IMG/VR virus record: IMGVR_UViG_3300035497_000258
Location: 32,001 to 96,000 of that record
Length of the DNA stretch: 64,000 bases
DNA from: a virus
Lineage: Duplodnaviria; Caudoviricetes
Strand: one strand, 5' to 3'
Below the pieces are notes generated by a model, which was not told the origin of the DNA, made no database searches, and was given only the letters and a program-made list of their open reading frames with translations. The position numbers were made by a program, and so were the translations under genes. This document shows, in pieces, positions 37,986 through 49,138 of this stretch; the first letter of the stretch is position 1; each line of letters opens with the position of its first letter.

Positions 37986-38234
37986 ATGACAGCTACTTAC
38001 AAAATCGAAACCACCCGCGGAACTTTCGCCTATGACCTGGATTGCGCTGATTTTCCGGCGAATATCAGAACCATTCTCCAAGCAACAGCCGGACTGGTTC
38101 CCACAGATGATACCTGGGCATATGAACTCCTGCATATGGGTATCGCAAGCTTTCAAGGTGAAAATGGATATACCCCGGTCATTTTGGAAACAGAAGAAAA
38201 CAGAATTTGGACCTACCTGCCAGCTTTGGAATGA
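37986..38234 (+). CDS. Hypothetical early protein
   Basis: Promoter, RBS and hairpin. Confidence 0.6.
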   Translation: MTATYKIETTRGTFAYDLDCADFPANIRTILQATAGLVPTDDTWAYELLHMGIASFQGENGYTPVILETEENRIWTYLPALE

Positions 38235-38806
38235 GGGCCTATATGGCCCTCTTCCTACTTTGAAAGCAAAAGGAAAGAAATTGCGGACTCCCCTGCTACG
38301 TAGCTTTCATATGACTCGTTTCATATCACTATAGGGCAGGGACTCCCGCATTTCTTTTCTTACCAGTTTCCTTCTATTGTTTTATTTATTTCAAATAATT
38401 TTTTATAATAATTATAAAGAAACGGATAAGACTTCATTTTTAAAATAAGATACCCCTTAAAATAAAAAATTACTTAGAATTTGAAATAAAAATATTTACT
38501 TTTATCCCAAAATTTGTAATTAAAGATTTGGCGGCGCGCCTTCGGGCGTCCAGGAGAAGGCGCGCCGAGTTTCCAAATAATTACAATTATACCACATTTT
38601 TCGCTCGAAATCTATATGCAGGTTGCATAAAGTTCTAGTCCCAGAATTGTACAATTCGCCGAATCGTCAAATTATACAAAAATTTTTATTTTTCTCGCCC
38701 CGTTTTTGTAGAAGCTCACACTTGAAATTCTCCTTGTCCTCTGGTATAATGTAATCAAGATAAGGGAAGAGGAAAACCCACTGAACCTCAGAAAGGATTG
38801 ATAACT

Positions 38807-39145
38807 ATGAAAAACCTGTATCTCGCTTATCCCGGCACCTGCTTTGAAATCCCCAACTCCGCATATGAGTATATGGTCACCACTGGCGATAATGTGGTGA
38901 ATCTCTGGACCGGTGAGCTGATGCCCACTTACAAGTTCATCGAACGATATGGCCTCTCCGATGGATACCGGGAACACCACTATTTGGTTGAAGATATGGA
39001 AACTGGTGAAGTCATCCTCGTCTGCGCCTATATCCCCAAAGATGCCCTGAAGATTGCCTTTGAGCAACTTCGCTGGATGAACGCTCGTATCGTGGATGAA
39101 TACACTGAACTCGAGGCCGAGCTTTCCGGTCTGGATGAACTTTAA
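38807..39145 (+). CDS. Hypothetical early protein (YxVED motif shared with 40296-40709)
   Basis: TTGAAA-17-TATAAT promoter; AAAGGATTG RBS. Confidence 0.65.
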   Translation: MKNLYLAYPGTCFEIPNSAYEYMVTTGDNVVNLWTGELMPTYKFIERYGLSDGYREHHYLVEDMETGEVILVCAYIPKDALKIAFEQLRWMNARIVDEYTELEAELSGLDEL

Positions 39146-39162
39146 GAAAGGGGCTGGTACAT

Positions 39163-39615
39163 ATGATTCTTTGCTTTGACCTTGACGGCACCGTGGCTGA
39201 CCTTTATGGGGCCTCTGATTGGCTTTCTAGCCTAGAGGGAGAAAGAGCTGGGACATTTTCCCAGCTCAATCCCCTGGTCGATATGACCCGGCTTTCTGAA
39301 ATCTGCTACGCCCTAAAAGACGCCGGATGGAAAATTTTGGTAATCACCTGGTTGCCAAAAAATGCCTCTCCCGACTATGAGGCCACCTGCACTGAGGAAA
39401 AGGAAGATTGGGTATGGAATTATATGCCATACGTTGATTCCTTCCATGCTCTCCGGTATGGCACCCCTAAGCAGTCCGTGATTCCATATCGAAACAAGGC
39501 AGTACTTGTGGATGATAGCTTAGAAGTGCGGGCAAGCTGGAACTCCCCCAAAAAGCGGACTAGCATTGACCCTGCAAATAATCTCCTCCAAAATCTGGAA
39601 AGGCTCCTGGGTTAA
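39163..39615 (+). CDS. HAD-superfamily phosphatase (5'(3')-deoxyribonucleotidase-like)
   Basis: FDLDGTVAD motif I, IT motif II, K motif III, LVDDS motif IV. Confidence 0.8.
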   Translation: MILCFDLDGTVADLYGASDWLSSLEGERAGTFSQLNPLVDMTRLSEICYALKDAGWKILVITWLPKNASPDYEATCTEEKEDWVWNYMPYVDSFHALRYGTPKQSVIPYRNKAVLVDDSLEVRASWNSPKKRTSIDPANNLLQNLERLLG

Positions 39616-40295
39616 ATCCCAGGGGCCAGGAAAAAGGGGGTTGACAAATCTCAAAAAATATGGTATAATTTCAGTATCAAAAGAAAGGAATGAAAGATAT
39701 GCGGTTTCTCAAGGTATGTGGGGTTATGTTTCTCGCCTGGTTCTTGCTTAGCTTCATCGAAATCACGCTCTTCAATTCTCACCCCGGCGCAACATACTCC
39801 ACCTTCAACTTCTTCAATATGCTGTTCTGAGAGGGTTGATACCCATGAAAAAATTCTACGTTGATTTCACCGGCTGGTGCGAAATCACAGCCAAAGATGA
39901 GAAAGAGGCACGGTATAAGTTTGAATCTTATATCGCAGAAAACAAGCCTTTGCCTTGCAACATCTACGAGGTACAAAACGTCAAAGAAAAAGACGTAATA
40001 GATTGGAATGATTAAAGTTTAGTTCCAATTCGGCATTTTGCACAAATAAAAATTTTGTGCATTTTGCCTATTGACGGGCCGCCCATTATACCAAAAGCGG
40101 GCGGCCCGCAATCCAGCGCTGCGGGCCGAATTTTGCCATAAACTTCCATTATAGCAGATTTTTTACAGCTTGTCAACCAGCAATCTGCACAATTTTATCT
40201 TCCCGAATTTGTGCAACTTTCCATCTTGCAATCCCGCACACCCTGTGCTATACTATAATTGTTCCAAGGAAAGGAACAGAAAGGATTGATACATT

Positions 40296-40709
40296 ATGTT
40301 CAAACTGAAAGATGACCCTCGCTTCCTTATCCGCTCTGAGCGAGATATCCGCGCGCTTGACCTGGGCACTCATTTTGTACCCCTGGATGAAGAAAACTGC
40401 GAGTGTATTGTCACTCGTGGGCAGTGCGGGGATGACAAGGCCATTATTATGGTATGGAACGATGATTTCTTCATCTTCCCCATATGGCAATTTGCCGACT
40501 TCTGGCATGATGACCTCTACGGCGAATACCTGTTCTATGAGGTAGAAGATACCATGTCAGGAAAACGGTTCCAACTTCGGGCTTTCTCCGCCAAGAGCGC
40601 AGAAGAAAAAGCATATGATATTCTCAACTGGCGAGTGAAAGTCAACCGTATCGTGGTAGACCCAGAAGCGAACGGGCAGGTTCCGGCTCTCTGGTTCGAT
40701 GGTGACTAA
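40296..40709 (+). CDS. Hypothetical early protein
   Basis: Promoter, AAAGGATTG RBS and hairpin. Confidence 0.65.
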   Translation: MFKLKDDPRFLIRSERDIRALDLGTHFVPLDEENCECIVTRGQCGDDKAIIMVWNDDFFIFPIWQFADFWHDDLYGEYLFYEVEDTMSGKRFQLRAFSAKSAEEKAYDILNWRVKVNRIVVDPEANGQVPALWFDGD

Positions 40710-40754
40710 AGGAACGGGGCTATATGCCCCGTCCTTGAAACAAAAGGAGGTAAT

Positions 40755-41234
40755 ATGGATTACAAGCTGTTGGCACTTTTTATCGTGCTAAATATCATCA
40801 ATGTGATTATTTCCACCATAAAGTCCATCGCCACGGTAAAGTGCGGGAAGGGTGGCGCAGCGGTGGCGAATGCCCTCGGTTATGGTTTTTATACCATCGT
40901 TGTGGTTTATATGGTGAGTGACCTGCCCTTGTGGGCAAAGGTCTTGGTAGTCGGTGGATGTAACCTTGTAGGGGTGTATATCGTTAAGGCTATCGAAGAA
41001 AAAATTCAGAAAGAAAAGCTATGGAAAATCGAATTGACAGTGAAGAACTCTCAGGCAGAGAAACTGCACAAGGAACTTTCTGGATTCAAAATCCCGCACA
41101 ACTACATTGAAAACGTGGGCAAGTGGACTATTTTTAATGTCTACTGCGCTACTAAGAAAGAAAGTGCTTTCGTTAAGGAAGTAGCAGTGAGAAACAATGC
41201 AAAGTTTTTCGCAAATGAAACAAAGATTCTCTAG
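40755..41234 (+). CDS. Small membrane protein (DUF5698/DUF2179-like), ends at TAG
   Basis: Three hydrophobic N-terminal segments plus a soluble C-domain; AGGAGG RBS. Confidence 0.65.
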   Translation: MDYKLLALFIVLNIINVIISTIKSIATVKCGKGGAAVANALGYGFYTIVVVYMVSDLPLWAKVLVVGGCNLVGVYIVKAIEEKIQKEKLWKIELTVKNSQAEKLHKELSGFKIPHNYIENVGKWTIFNVYCATKKESAFVKEVAVRNNAKFFANETKIL

Positions 41235-41247
41235 GGAGGGATTTGGT

Positions 41248-41511
41248 ATGATAAAACGTATCTATTACAAGGAGATGAGCAAACTCGCCGCAGGGCTACA
41301 AAGACGTGGCACTAGGTTCGTTATCCGCACTTACCAAGGCGGGTTACAGATTCTCTGCAAGGGAAGAGGGTGGGACGCAATTTGTCACGACTATTCTTAC
41401 GGACATGAAGATGGGTTACTTGAAGTCATGGGGCTTCCGCAATGCAACGGTGACGTTATCGGTTACTTAACCGCAGAAGAAATTCTGAAAATGGTGGATG
41501 AAAACTCTTGA
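41248..41511 (+). CDS. Hypothetical protein (DAICHDYSYGHEDGLLEVMG motif)
   Basis: GGAGG RBS directly after the previous TAG. Confidence 0.65.
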   Translation: MIKRIYYKEMSKLAAGLQRRGTRFVIRTYQGGLQILCKGRGWDAICHDYSYGHEDGLLEVMGLPQCNGDVIGYLTAEEILKMVDENS

Positions 41512-42244
41512 CAACTCTTAGGTTTGGTGCTATAATAAGACTATCAAGAACAGAAAGGATTGATTAAACGACATGAAATGTAAAGACTGTCCCTACGCCT
41601 GGGAAGAAGATGACAGCGGTATCTTGGTATGCCACTGCGAAGAAGCAACAGCCCCGTGTGAGGAAGGAGAAGATGATGAAGTTCCAACTTAACTTTGAAG
41701 GTTGGTATGAAACCGAAGCAAATCTCGAAGAAGAAGCGATAGAAGAACTCGAAGCGTTTTTTGAATCGCTTCCCGGACTTAAAGACCTGGATATCTGGGC
41801 CGAAGAACAGGAGGATGATTAACCGGGAGAAATCCCGGTTAATTTTTGTGCAATTTGACTATTGACAAACAGCTTCGAGTGTGCTATAATTGGCGGGCCG
41901 CCAACGCCCAAGCGGCCCGAATTTTCCATAAATTTCCATTATACCACATTTTTTCTCCGCTGTCAATAGGCAAAATAACCAAACCTGGGATCCCGAAATT
42001 GTGCAAGTTGACGAAGGCGCGAATTTCCAAAATTTGGAAGGCCGCGGACCCTCCCCCTTCATTATACCACGGGTGCACGCCGCTTGTCAATAGGCAAACC
42101 GCACAAATTTGATCCCCGGATTTTGTGCAATATTCCATGTTGTGTTTTCGCTATTTTTCTGGTATACTAATAGTGTTCCAAGGGGAACGCAATCCGGTAG
42201 GGGACACGATGGTAAACCCCTATCTAGTGAAAGGACTTGATATT

Positions 42245-43225
42245 TTGGGAAAACGCAACTACTACCTAGTTCTGGACACCGAAACCGCTACTTTACCTTT
42301 TGTCAACCAGTACGGCAAAAGCGAAGCAATCCGCAAGAAAATTGCGATTGCAAAACCGCTGGTTTATGACATTGGGTGGCAAGTTATTGACACTCAAGGT
42401 AAAGTATACAAACAACGGAATTTCCTTATTCAGGAAACCTTCTTTGTTCCTTCTGTTTTCGATACCGCTTACTATCGAGACAAACGCCCCAAATACATTG
42501 AAATGATGGAAAAAGGCGAAATCGAGGTAGCGTGTTGGTATCAGGCAATCAATCAACTTCTGTGCGATTGTGAGAACGTCAAGGCGGTCTGTGCTTATAA
42601 TGCCGCTTTTGATTTCAAGAAGGCTATTCCGTTCACTGAGGCGTATATCTATGCGCTATACCATAACTACCAAGCTTTTGAGGACAAACAGAAGGAAAGT
42701 ATACAAAGGATTCTTTCCGGCCCGTCCAAAGACACAAACCCTGAATTTCTGAGCCCTGTTTTCAAGTTACGAGGTGAAGAATTTCCCATCATCGACTTGT
42801 GGGAAATTGCTTGCGATAGGCTTTTAAACAACAGAGCGTACAAGAAATACTGTCTTTCCCATGGTCTTTGGACTAACAGCGTTCAGTATTTCAAGTCAAG
42901 CGCAGAATCTTCCTATCAATACTTGATGAAAAACCACGCTTTTGAGGAATCACACACGGCGTTGGATGATGCAAGGATTGAAAGTGAAATTCTTGTAAAG
43001 GCTCTTAAGAAGGGCAAGGTTGAACCCTGTATGGGCTGTTTCCCCTTCCGCAACTTAGGAAACACCTTTGAGTTTGCGGAAAAGCACGCTAAGAAGCAAC
43101 TTGAACCTCTCGCAGATGCTTTGAGCGAGTACATCGAAACACTCGATGAAACAAGCGTATACTGCAAGAAAATGTTAAACCAGCTCCGCAAGCTGGAAGC
43201 GAAAATTCTTTACGAAAACGCTTGA
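42245..43225 (+). CDS. DEDDh 3'-5' exonuclease
   Basis: LVLDTETA (ExoI), AYNAAFD (ExoII), HTALDDA (ExoIII); TTG start after AAAGGA. Confidence 0.85.
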   Translation: MGKRNYYLVLDTETATLPFVNQYGKSEAIRKKIAIAKPLVYDIGWQVIDTQGKVYKQRNFLIQETFFVPSVFDTAYYRDKRPKYIEMMEKGEIEVACWYQAINQLLCDCENVKAVCAYNAAFDFKKAIPFTEAYIYALYHNYQAFEDKQKESIQRILSGPSKDTNPEFLSPVFKLRGEEFPIIDLWEIACDRLLNNRAYKKYCLSHGLWTNSVQYFKSSAESSYQYLMKNHAFEESHTALDDARIESEILVKALKKGKVEPCMGCFPFRNLGNTFEFAEKHAKKQLEPLADALSEYIETLDETSVYCKKMLNQLRKLEAKILYENA

Positions 43226-43337
43226 CGGATACCAAGATTTATGGTATAATAACTACGTTGTCAAGGGAAGGGCAAAACCTTCTTGACAAATACATCAAAG
43301 ACAAGGACAGTCTCAAAAACCAGAAAGGATTGATACT

Positions 43338-43700
43338 ATGAAGAAGATTACTAAGGCTCAGAGAAACGCTGACATCATCGCCATTCTGACCGGCAAAACC
43401 CCCGAACACGGTACCACCATTCAGGAAGCCGTGGCCCACCTGGAGAACGAGAACCGCCTTCTTGCCAATCGCAAGTCTAGTAAGAAGGTCTCCCCCGAGA
43501 ACGTGGAACGCACCGAGAAGCTGTACGAGCTGATTTCCGCAAGCGACAAGCCCGTTCTCCTGTGCGAGGTCACCAAGGGCAACCCCGACTTCTATGATAT
43601 TTCCTCTCAGCAGGTGACTGCGTTTGCAAACCGCCTGTGCGCTGATAACCGCATCGTGAAGGAAGTCATCAAGGGCCGTACTCACTTTGTCGCAGTGTAA
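43338..43700 (+). CDS. Putative winged-helix DNA-binding protein (similar to 50312-50704)
   Basis: MKKITK N-terminus, basic helix, C-terminal wHTH-like segment. Confidence 0.55.
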   Translation: MKKITKAQRNADIIAILTGKTPEHGTTIQEAVAHLENENRLLANRKSSKKVSPENVERTEKLYELISASDKPVLLCEVTKGNPDFYDISSQQVTAFANRLCADNRIVKEVIKGRTHFVAV

Positions 43701-43749
43701 ACCTTATCGGGGAAGGGGTAAAACCCTTCCCCCTTGAAAGGGGGATTCA

Positions 43750-44151
43750 ATGAGTAACACCGAGAAAGAAACCCAAATCCAGCGCATTATGAAAGGCATC
43801 CCGTGCGGACGTGCGGAAGCAGAAGAAATTTACGCCTATGACCTAAAAGTCAACTCCATGACCACCCGGCAGGAAATTCAATCGGACTTGACACCAGAAC
43901 AACAAGCAGTAGTAAAGAAGATGAAGCAAGCCGAACGCAAGAAAACGGTTTACAAGTTTTCCACAAGAGAAAAGAAGAAGGATACCGCAAAGGAAGATAT
44001 CATTTCTGCGCTTGTGCGGTTTGTGGAGAATGAAATCTGCGAAGGCTCCTGCATCGTGGAAAATCCATCCAGGAAATTCCAATTTGAGTTAGGCGGTGAT
44101 ACATACGACATTACATTGACACGCAAGAACAAGAAAAAGGGAGCGGGGTAA
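43750..44151 (+). CDS. Hypothetical protein
   Basis: RBS; operonic arrangement. Confidence 0.65.
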   Translation: MSNTEKETQIQRIMKGIPCGRAEAEEIYAYDLKVNSMTTRQEIQSDLTPEQQAVVKKMKQAERKKTVYKFSTREKKKDTAKEDIISALVRFVENEICEGSCIVENPSRKFQFELGGDTYDITLTRKNKKKGAG

Positions 44152-44181
44152 CACCCGCTCCCGCACGGAGAAAGGAATACC

Positions 44182-44421
44182 ATGTTAATCTACGTCAATC
44201 GCAACGAGGGCTTGATTTTTAATGAGGCAGGCTATGAAGGTACTCTTGAACGGCAGGCAAACGACGCTATGATTCATCTGACAGAGGACTTCCTGGAATT
44301 TATTGACAAAACCTGCACTCCGAGGAAGGCCTACATGGAAAGCGGAAGTGATGAAATTTTTGGTGCATACGTTGACTACTTGAAGGAAAATTCCCAGAAT
44401 TGGGAGAAAATGGAAATCTGA
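44182..44421 (+). CDS. Hypothetical protein
   Basis: AAAGGA RBS. Confidence 0.55.
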   Translation: MLIYVNRNEGLIFNEAGYEGTLERQANDAMIHLTEDFLEFIDKTCTPRKAYMESGSDEIFGAYVDYLKENSQNWEKMEI

Positions 44422-44699
44422 TGATTCTACGTTTTGCACAAATCTTGGCAACGAGATTTGTGCAAAATTTTTTCGCCAAAAGGCTTGACAGCTGGCGGAA
44501 AATGTGATATAATGGACGGCTCGATAACTGGCGCATCGAGCCGAGTTTCCGCAATCTTTTTATTATACCAGATTTTTTGCCCAAAGTCTATAGGCATTTT
44601 ATACAAACTTTGGATCCTGATTTTGTGCAATATTCCATCTTGTAATTCTGCGGAATTATGGTATAATAAATACAGAAATTAAGAAAGAGGTTGATAACT

Positions 44700-44936
44700 A
44701 TGGAAATTTATCTTGTGAGGTTTTCTGATGACTGTGGTGACTTAAATTCCTGCTGGACTTCTTACAGAAAAGCCTGGGAATATATCGAAGGTGAAGCTAA
44801 AAGATGTGGCTGGACCAGGATTTCTGAATATCGCAATTTCGATGCCAGTTATGGGGAGTACAAATTTTCTTTCAATGGTAATATTTTTACCGCTGAAATT
44901 GAAGGTTTTACTCTTGATGAAAGGCCCTATTTCTAA
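44700..44936 (+). CDS. Hypothetical protein
   Basis: Promoter TGGTATAAT and GAGGT RBS. Confidence 0.6.
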   Translation: MEIYLVRFSDDCGDLNSCWTSYRKAWEYIEGEAKRCGWTRISEYRNFDASYGEYKFSFNGNIFTAEIEGFTLDERPYF

Positions 44937-44955
44937 TAGAAAGGATTGATAGCAA

Positions 44956-45147
44956 ATGGAACTAAATGAAACTCGGTTGAAAGAGGTGATAACCGCCTTT
45001 GTTGATTACAACGGCTCTGATTGCTCTTGCTGTCCTGCCATGGAAGAATGTCCATTTAACCCGAGACTGGTGGAACCAGACTGCGAAAAAGAAATACTGA
45101 AATACGTCACTAAACAGGAGGAAAGAAATGAAGATAGAAGTAAGTGA
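44956..45147 (+). CDS. Small Cys-rich protein
   Basis: CSCCP..CP..C; AAAGGATTG RBS. Confidence 0.55.
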   Translation: MELNETRLKEVITAFVDYNGSDCSCCPAMEECPFNPRLVEPDCEKEILKYVTKQEERNEDRSK

Positions 45148-45787
45148 TTACCGCTTACGGGAAATCATCAACGGTTTTCTTGCTCTTGATGAAAACTGTG
45201 ACTTCTGCCCAGGTAAAAACCGTTGTCCCTTTGAATCGGAAGAAGAAGCAAACTGTGAGAAAGTGATACTTGACTTTCTTACTGGCCAGGATTGACAAAA
45301 TCCTGGCTTCTTTTTTGTGCATTTTGCCTATTGACAACAGGAGGAAAGTATGATAAAATTGGCGGACTGCGAGCGGGAGTGGCAGTCCGAATTCGCGCAT
45401 TATCTCGTTCATTGGAGATTTTTATCTGCGGTTGCCGCGCCCGCTTTCTATTTCTCTGCTTCCCAAAATTTTAAAATCGAGTAAGACTTCATGATTTCAA
45501 TAAACTATTAAAATCAAACTATAAAACAATTAAAAATTTCAATAAAAATTTTTTGCCTTTTCCGCAAATTTAGAGTAAAATAAACTTAGAAAATTAAAGA
45601 AAGGAGAAAGATTATGCTAGAGCTTTGGAAAGCGCTTATCCTTATCGTTGAATTTTGTACCGAGCAAGATTCCTGTGAGTCTTGCCCTATTCGCTCTATG
45701 TGCGGCAAGATTCCTTCTGAATGGTGATAAGCCAGGGCCCGTAATAGGGTCGTTTTTCCAGCCCACTCTAGCGTTAGGTGATTTTTC

Positions 45788-46015
45788 ATGCAAGAAACAG
45801 AGTTCACTAGAAAAGTAGATTCCATGGGAAGAATTATTATCCCCTCGAAGTTGCGGGAACGTCTAGGTATTAAAGCCGGAATCCCGTATAAGTTTTACGT
45901 CCATTCCGCAGGTGGAGAAGTATTTGTAGGCATTAAGTGTAAAGATACTCAAACCGTGAGAGATTATATTTTCGCTCTTGAAAGAGCTGGCTATGAAGTT
46001 ACAAAAAAGACTTGA
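45788..46015 (+). CDS. AbrB/MazE/SpoVT-family DNA-binding protein
   Basis: FTRKVDSMGRIIIPSKLRERLGI matches the AbrB N-terminal signature. Confidence 0.85.
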   Translation: MQETEFTRKVDSMGRIIIPSKLRERLGIKAGIPYKFYVHSAGGEVFVGIKCKDTQTVRDYIFALERAGYEVTKKT

Positions 46016-46221
46016 CAAATCTTCCGGAGTATGGTATACTATAAAGGGAGCTGCGGCGGGCTGCTAACGGAGTAAGCACCCGAATTTTGTCAAATCACAC
46101 TCCCATATGCAATTTTTCATATCAATCCAGCTCATATGCAAATTTTCCGCTCGATCCTGAAAATCTTTATTCCTTTCTTTTTTTAGAAGAGGCTGACCTT
46201 TAGAGTCAACCTCTTTTTATT

Positions 46222-46911
46222 TTATGCACAGCCTTCTTCATCAACTAACAACGTCTTTTTAATCGGCATGAAACCTAGCTTTTTCTTCACTAAATAAACA
46301 AAAGTAGGAAGAGCTTTAGGTTCACTTTCTCCAATCGCCACATCTCTTTCCTCTTGTTTTATTCTTCCTCTGCGATAATCGTCATCAATCGCCGCAGCTT
46401 TTAGTCCTTTTCCTCTATATACCATCTTAGCGCATTTCCGCATAACTTGTAATTTTTCCTTAGGCAAAGGAGTTTTCCCATCTTGGTCCATCCACACATA
46501 TTCACTGCGGCCGCGCGTTCCGTAGTCTTCATCCAGGTGATTTCTACCATAACGCTCAACTTTAACTTTACAAGTATAGTTTATAGCAGTTTCTTCTGTT
46601 ATTCTAGCAGCTAATTCTGGATGTTTCTGGTGGATTGCTTTTCCAACTCTAACGCAAGTATCTATCCCGCTCGAGTTCCACTCTTTAGAAAATTCAGCTT
46701 CTACTATTTCATGCGTCTTACTGAACTCAGGTATATAGATGCGATCTATGTAGAGTTTATTTGATCGGCCCTCAAGATGATAATCAGCATAATGCTTTAA
46801 GATTTCAAGCTTCTTCTCTCTTCTACCTTTTCCTTTATTTAGTGTATCTTCATTAAGACCAAACCATCTTGATAATTCTCTCCATGTCATCTTACCCAAA
46901 TGTAACTCCAT
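46222..46911 (-). CDS. Hypothetical DNA-binding protein (229 aa), paralog of 47736-48431
   Basis: HTH-like N-terminus; AGGAG RBS; no TAG. Confidence 0.65.
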   Translation of the reverse strand: MELHLGKMTWRELSRWFGLNEDTLNKGKGRREKKLEILKHYADYHLEGRSNKLYIDRIYIPEFSKTHEIVEAEFSKEWNSSGIDTCVRVGKAIHQKHPELAARITEETAINYTCKVKVERYGRNHLDEDYGTRGRSEYVWMDQDGKTPLPKEKLQVMRKCAKMVYRGKGLKAAAIDDDYRRGRIKQEERDVAIGESEPKALPTFVYLVKKKLGFMPIKKTLLVDEEGCA

Positions 46912-47735
46912 ATTTGCTCTCCTGTTCTGTATTATAATTTTATTTATTTTGAAATATAGTATATAATTATCTTGTAAAAAAAAGAAAAATAGAATATGAT
47001 TTTTAGATTTTTAAAGCAAAAGAAGAAAAGTAGAAGAACCGATTCAAAATATAAACCACAATAAATTCTAAATTTTTTTTAATACTTTTTATTTTCTATG
47101 AGTTCTTGTACGATAAAAGAATAAAACTATTAAATTACATAAATAATTTATTATTAAAAATAATAAAATTTTAAAAGTCTAAAGCAAAAGGAAAAAAGAA
47201 AGATTGCGGGTTCCGCTGCTCCATAGTGGTATTATATCTAGCTTTAACGCATTATACCTTGTTCCTATCTTTAGACGAAAGCATTTTATATTTAGGTTTG
47301 TGAAATAATATATTAAGAATATATATTTCTATTATACTAGGTTCTAAATACTGGATTCTTAACATAGAATTTTACTACGATAAAGTAAGTATACATATGC
47401 GCGAGTCCTAGGTTTAAAGCGCTTTATAGCTACCGATTCCGCTTCCGCTATTTCTTTCTCTTGTTATCTACGGCTTATAGTCTCTTTTGAATAGTTGCTC
47501 TATTTTCAGTTCAATTTTCAAAATCTAACTCGATTTCTATTTTCATTTCAACTTTCTAAAAAGTACTCCTCTGGCCGATGAGCGCGAAGGCGAGAAGTGC
47601 GAAGCACGAACGCCGAGTGTGAATCGATGTTCCAGAGAAGTACTTTTTCCTATTTTCCTTTAAAATAAAATTTATGCTAATGTGCTTGAGGGATGCGCTC
47701 ACGTTCGTTCGCGACCCTCAAGCTTTATTTTTTAA

Positions 47736-48431
47736 TTAGAAAGCACAACGCTAATATAAAGGAACTTTCATAGGTCTACAATTATTATTATTCTACATAT
47801 ATTTCTCTATACCTGCAATAAAGGCATTATACTTCAATTCGCCCACTGTATTATTAGCCTCTTCTTTGCTAATTAAACCTTCATTTCTTTTAGTCATTGC
47901 GTTTTCTTGTTCTTCGAGATTTTCTTTATCGCAATCTCTAAAGTAGCTGCGCAACTCTTTAACTTGAGCATCAGTCATTTCAATATACTAATTAGCTTGA
48001 TAATCTAAAAAACACCATTTATAATCAGTTAAAGTATAATAACCTGAGTTAATAAGTTCTTTTAAATTAGCTCTAGTATAATTAGTAATCGTACTTAATT
48101 GACAATTTAAAGCTTGAATTTCTTCTTCTACATAAATAATACGAGCTATATTAGAACCAGTCTGTCTGGGCTCGGTCTTAATAACTGCTTTTGCTTTATT
48201 TTGGATTAGTTTATTTTTTTTAGATTTACAATAATCTTTATATGGAATAAAATCTCCATATTGCTCGGTAAAAATATAAATTATACCTCGACCTTTAGGT
48301 TCTGTCATAAAATCATAGAATAATCTTAAATGATTTTCATATTTTTGCCTATTTTTCCTAAAGGTCTAATATCCTATGTCCATCTCCTTTGCAAGTTCTT
48401 TCGTAGTGTATATCTAGTTTAATTGTAACAT
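47736..48431 (-). CDS. Hypothetical DNA-binding protein (231 aa), TAG=Gln
   Basis: Joins track ORFs 47988-48308 and 47793-47978 through TAG; colinear similarity to 46222-46911. Confidence 0.65.
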
Positions 48432-49138
48432 GATATCATGCCCCCTAACGGTAATGTTGATTTTTTTGTGCGCCGTAATATAAGGGACCGCACAAAAAAA
48501 TCAACATTGCCACCACCAACCTAAGTTAATAGTGATATTGTGCGAAGTCCATGATAAAAGACGCAACTATTGTAGATAACCACATTATATTATAAAAATT
48601 TTATATTATCGCTAAATCAAATTTGTCCCTTAACAATACTAGAAAGCATGATATTATGTTTCTTTGTTTTTATCCAATCAGCTATTTCTTTAGTTGACAT
48701 TCGTCCTAATTTCAACTCACTCATGTTATTTCTCCTTAGATTTTTATTTTCTTACAACCGAAGTAACTGGCATTTGTGTCATTTTTTTATGTAAGTCTGG
48801 GTTCTTAATATTCAGACTTACATAAAATCATGACAAAGTTGACAAAACTATTATTATGCCATATCTCTCAATATATCTTGAAATTCTAAAGATAAGCTTA
48901 AATTTTTTTTGCCCAATAAACTGCATTAAAACGAAGTCTTAGAACTTCTATACCTAGAAATAGCTGCCCCATAGGGTATTAAAATTACCTAAAATTTTTG
49001 CGCTTTAAAGAGGTTTATGTCATAGTTATTATTTCCCTAGAACTAAAACAAAAGAGCGAAAGAACCAGAATTAAATCCCTATACTTTCGAGTGACGGAGG
49101 GGTGAGGGAGAGAAGAGGGGGTTGATTTTTTTTATTAA

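Noticed and set aside
34190-45825. Many minus-strand and alternate-frame ORFs in the track (e.g. 34206-34844, 36065-36718, 37107-37763, 43239-43685)
   Set aside because: They are shadows of plus-strand genes or span repeat DNA, and lack RBSs or recognisable motifs
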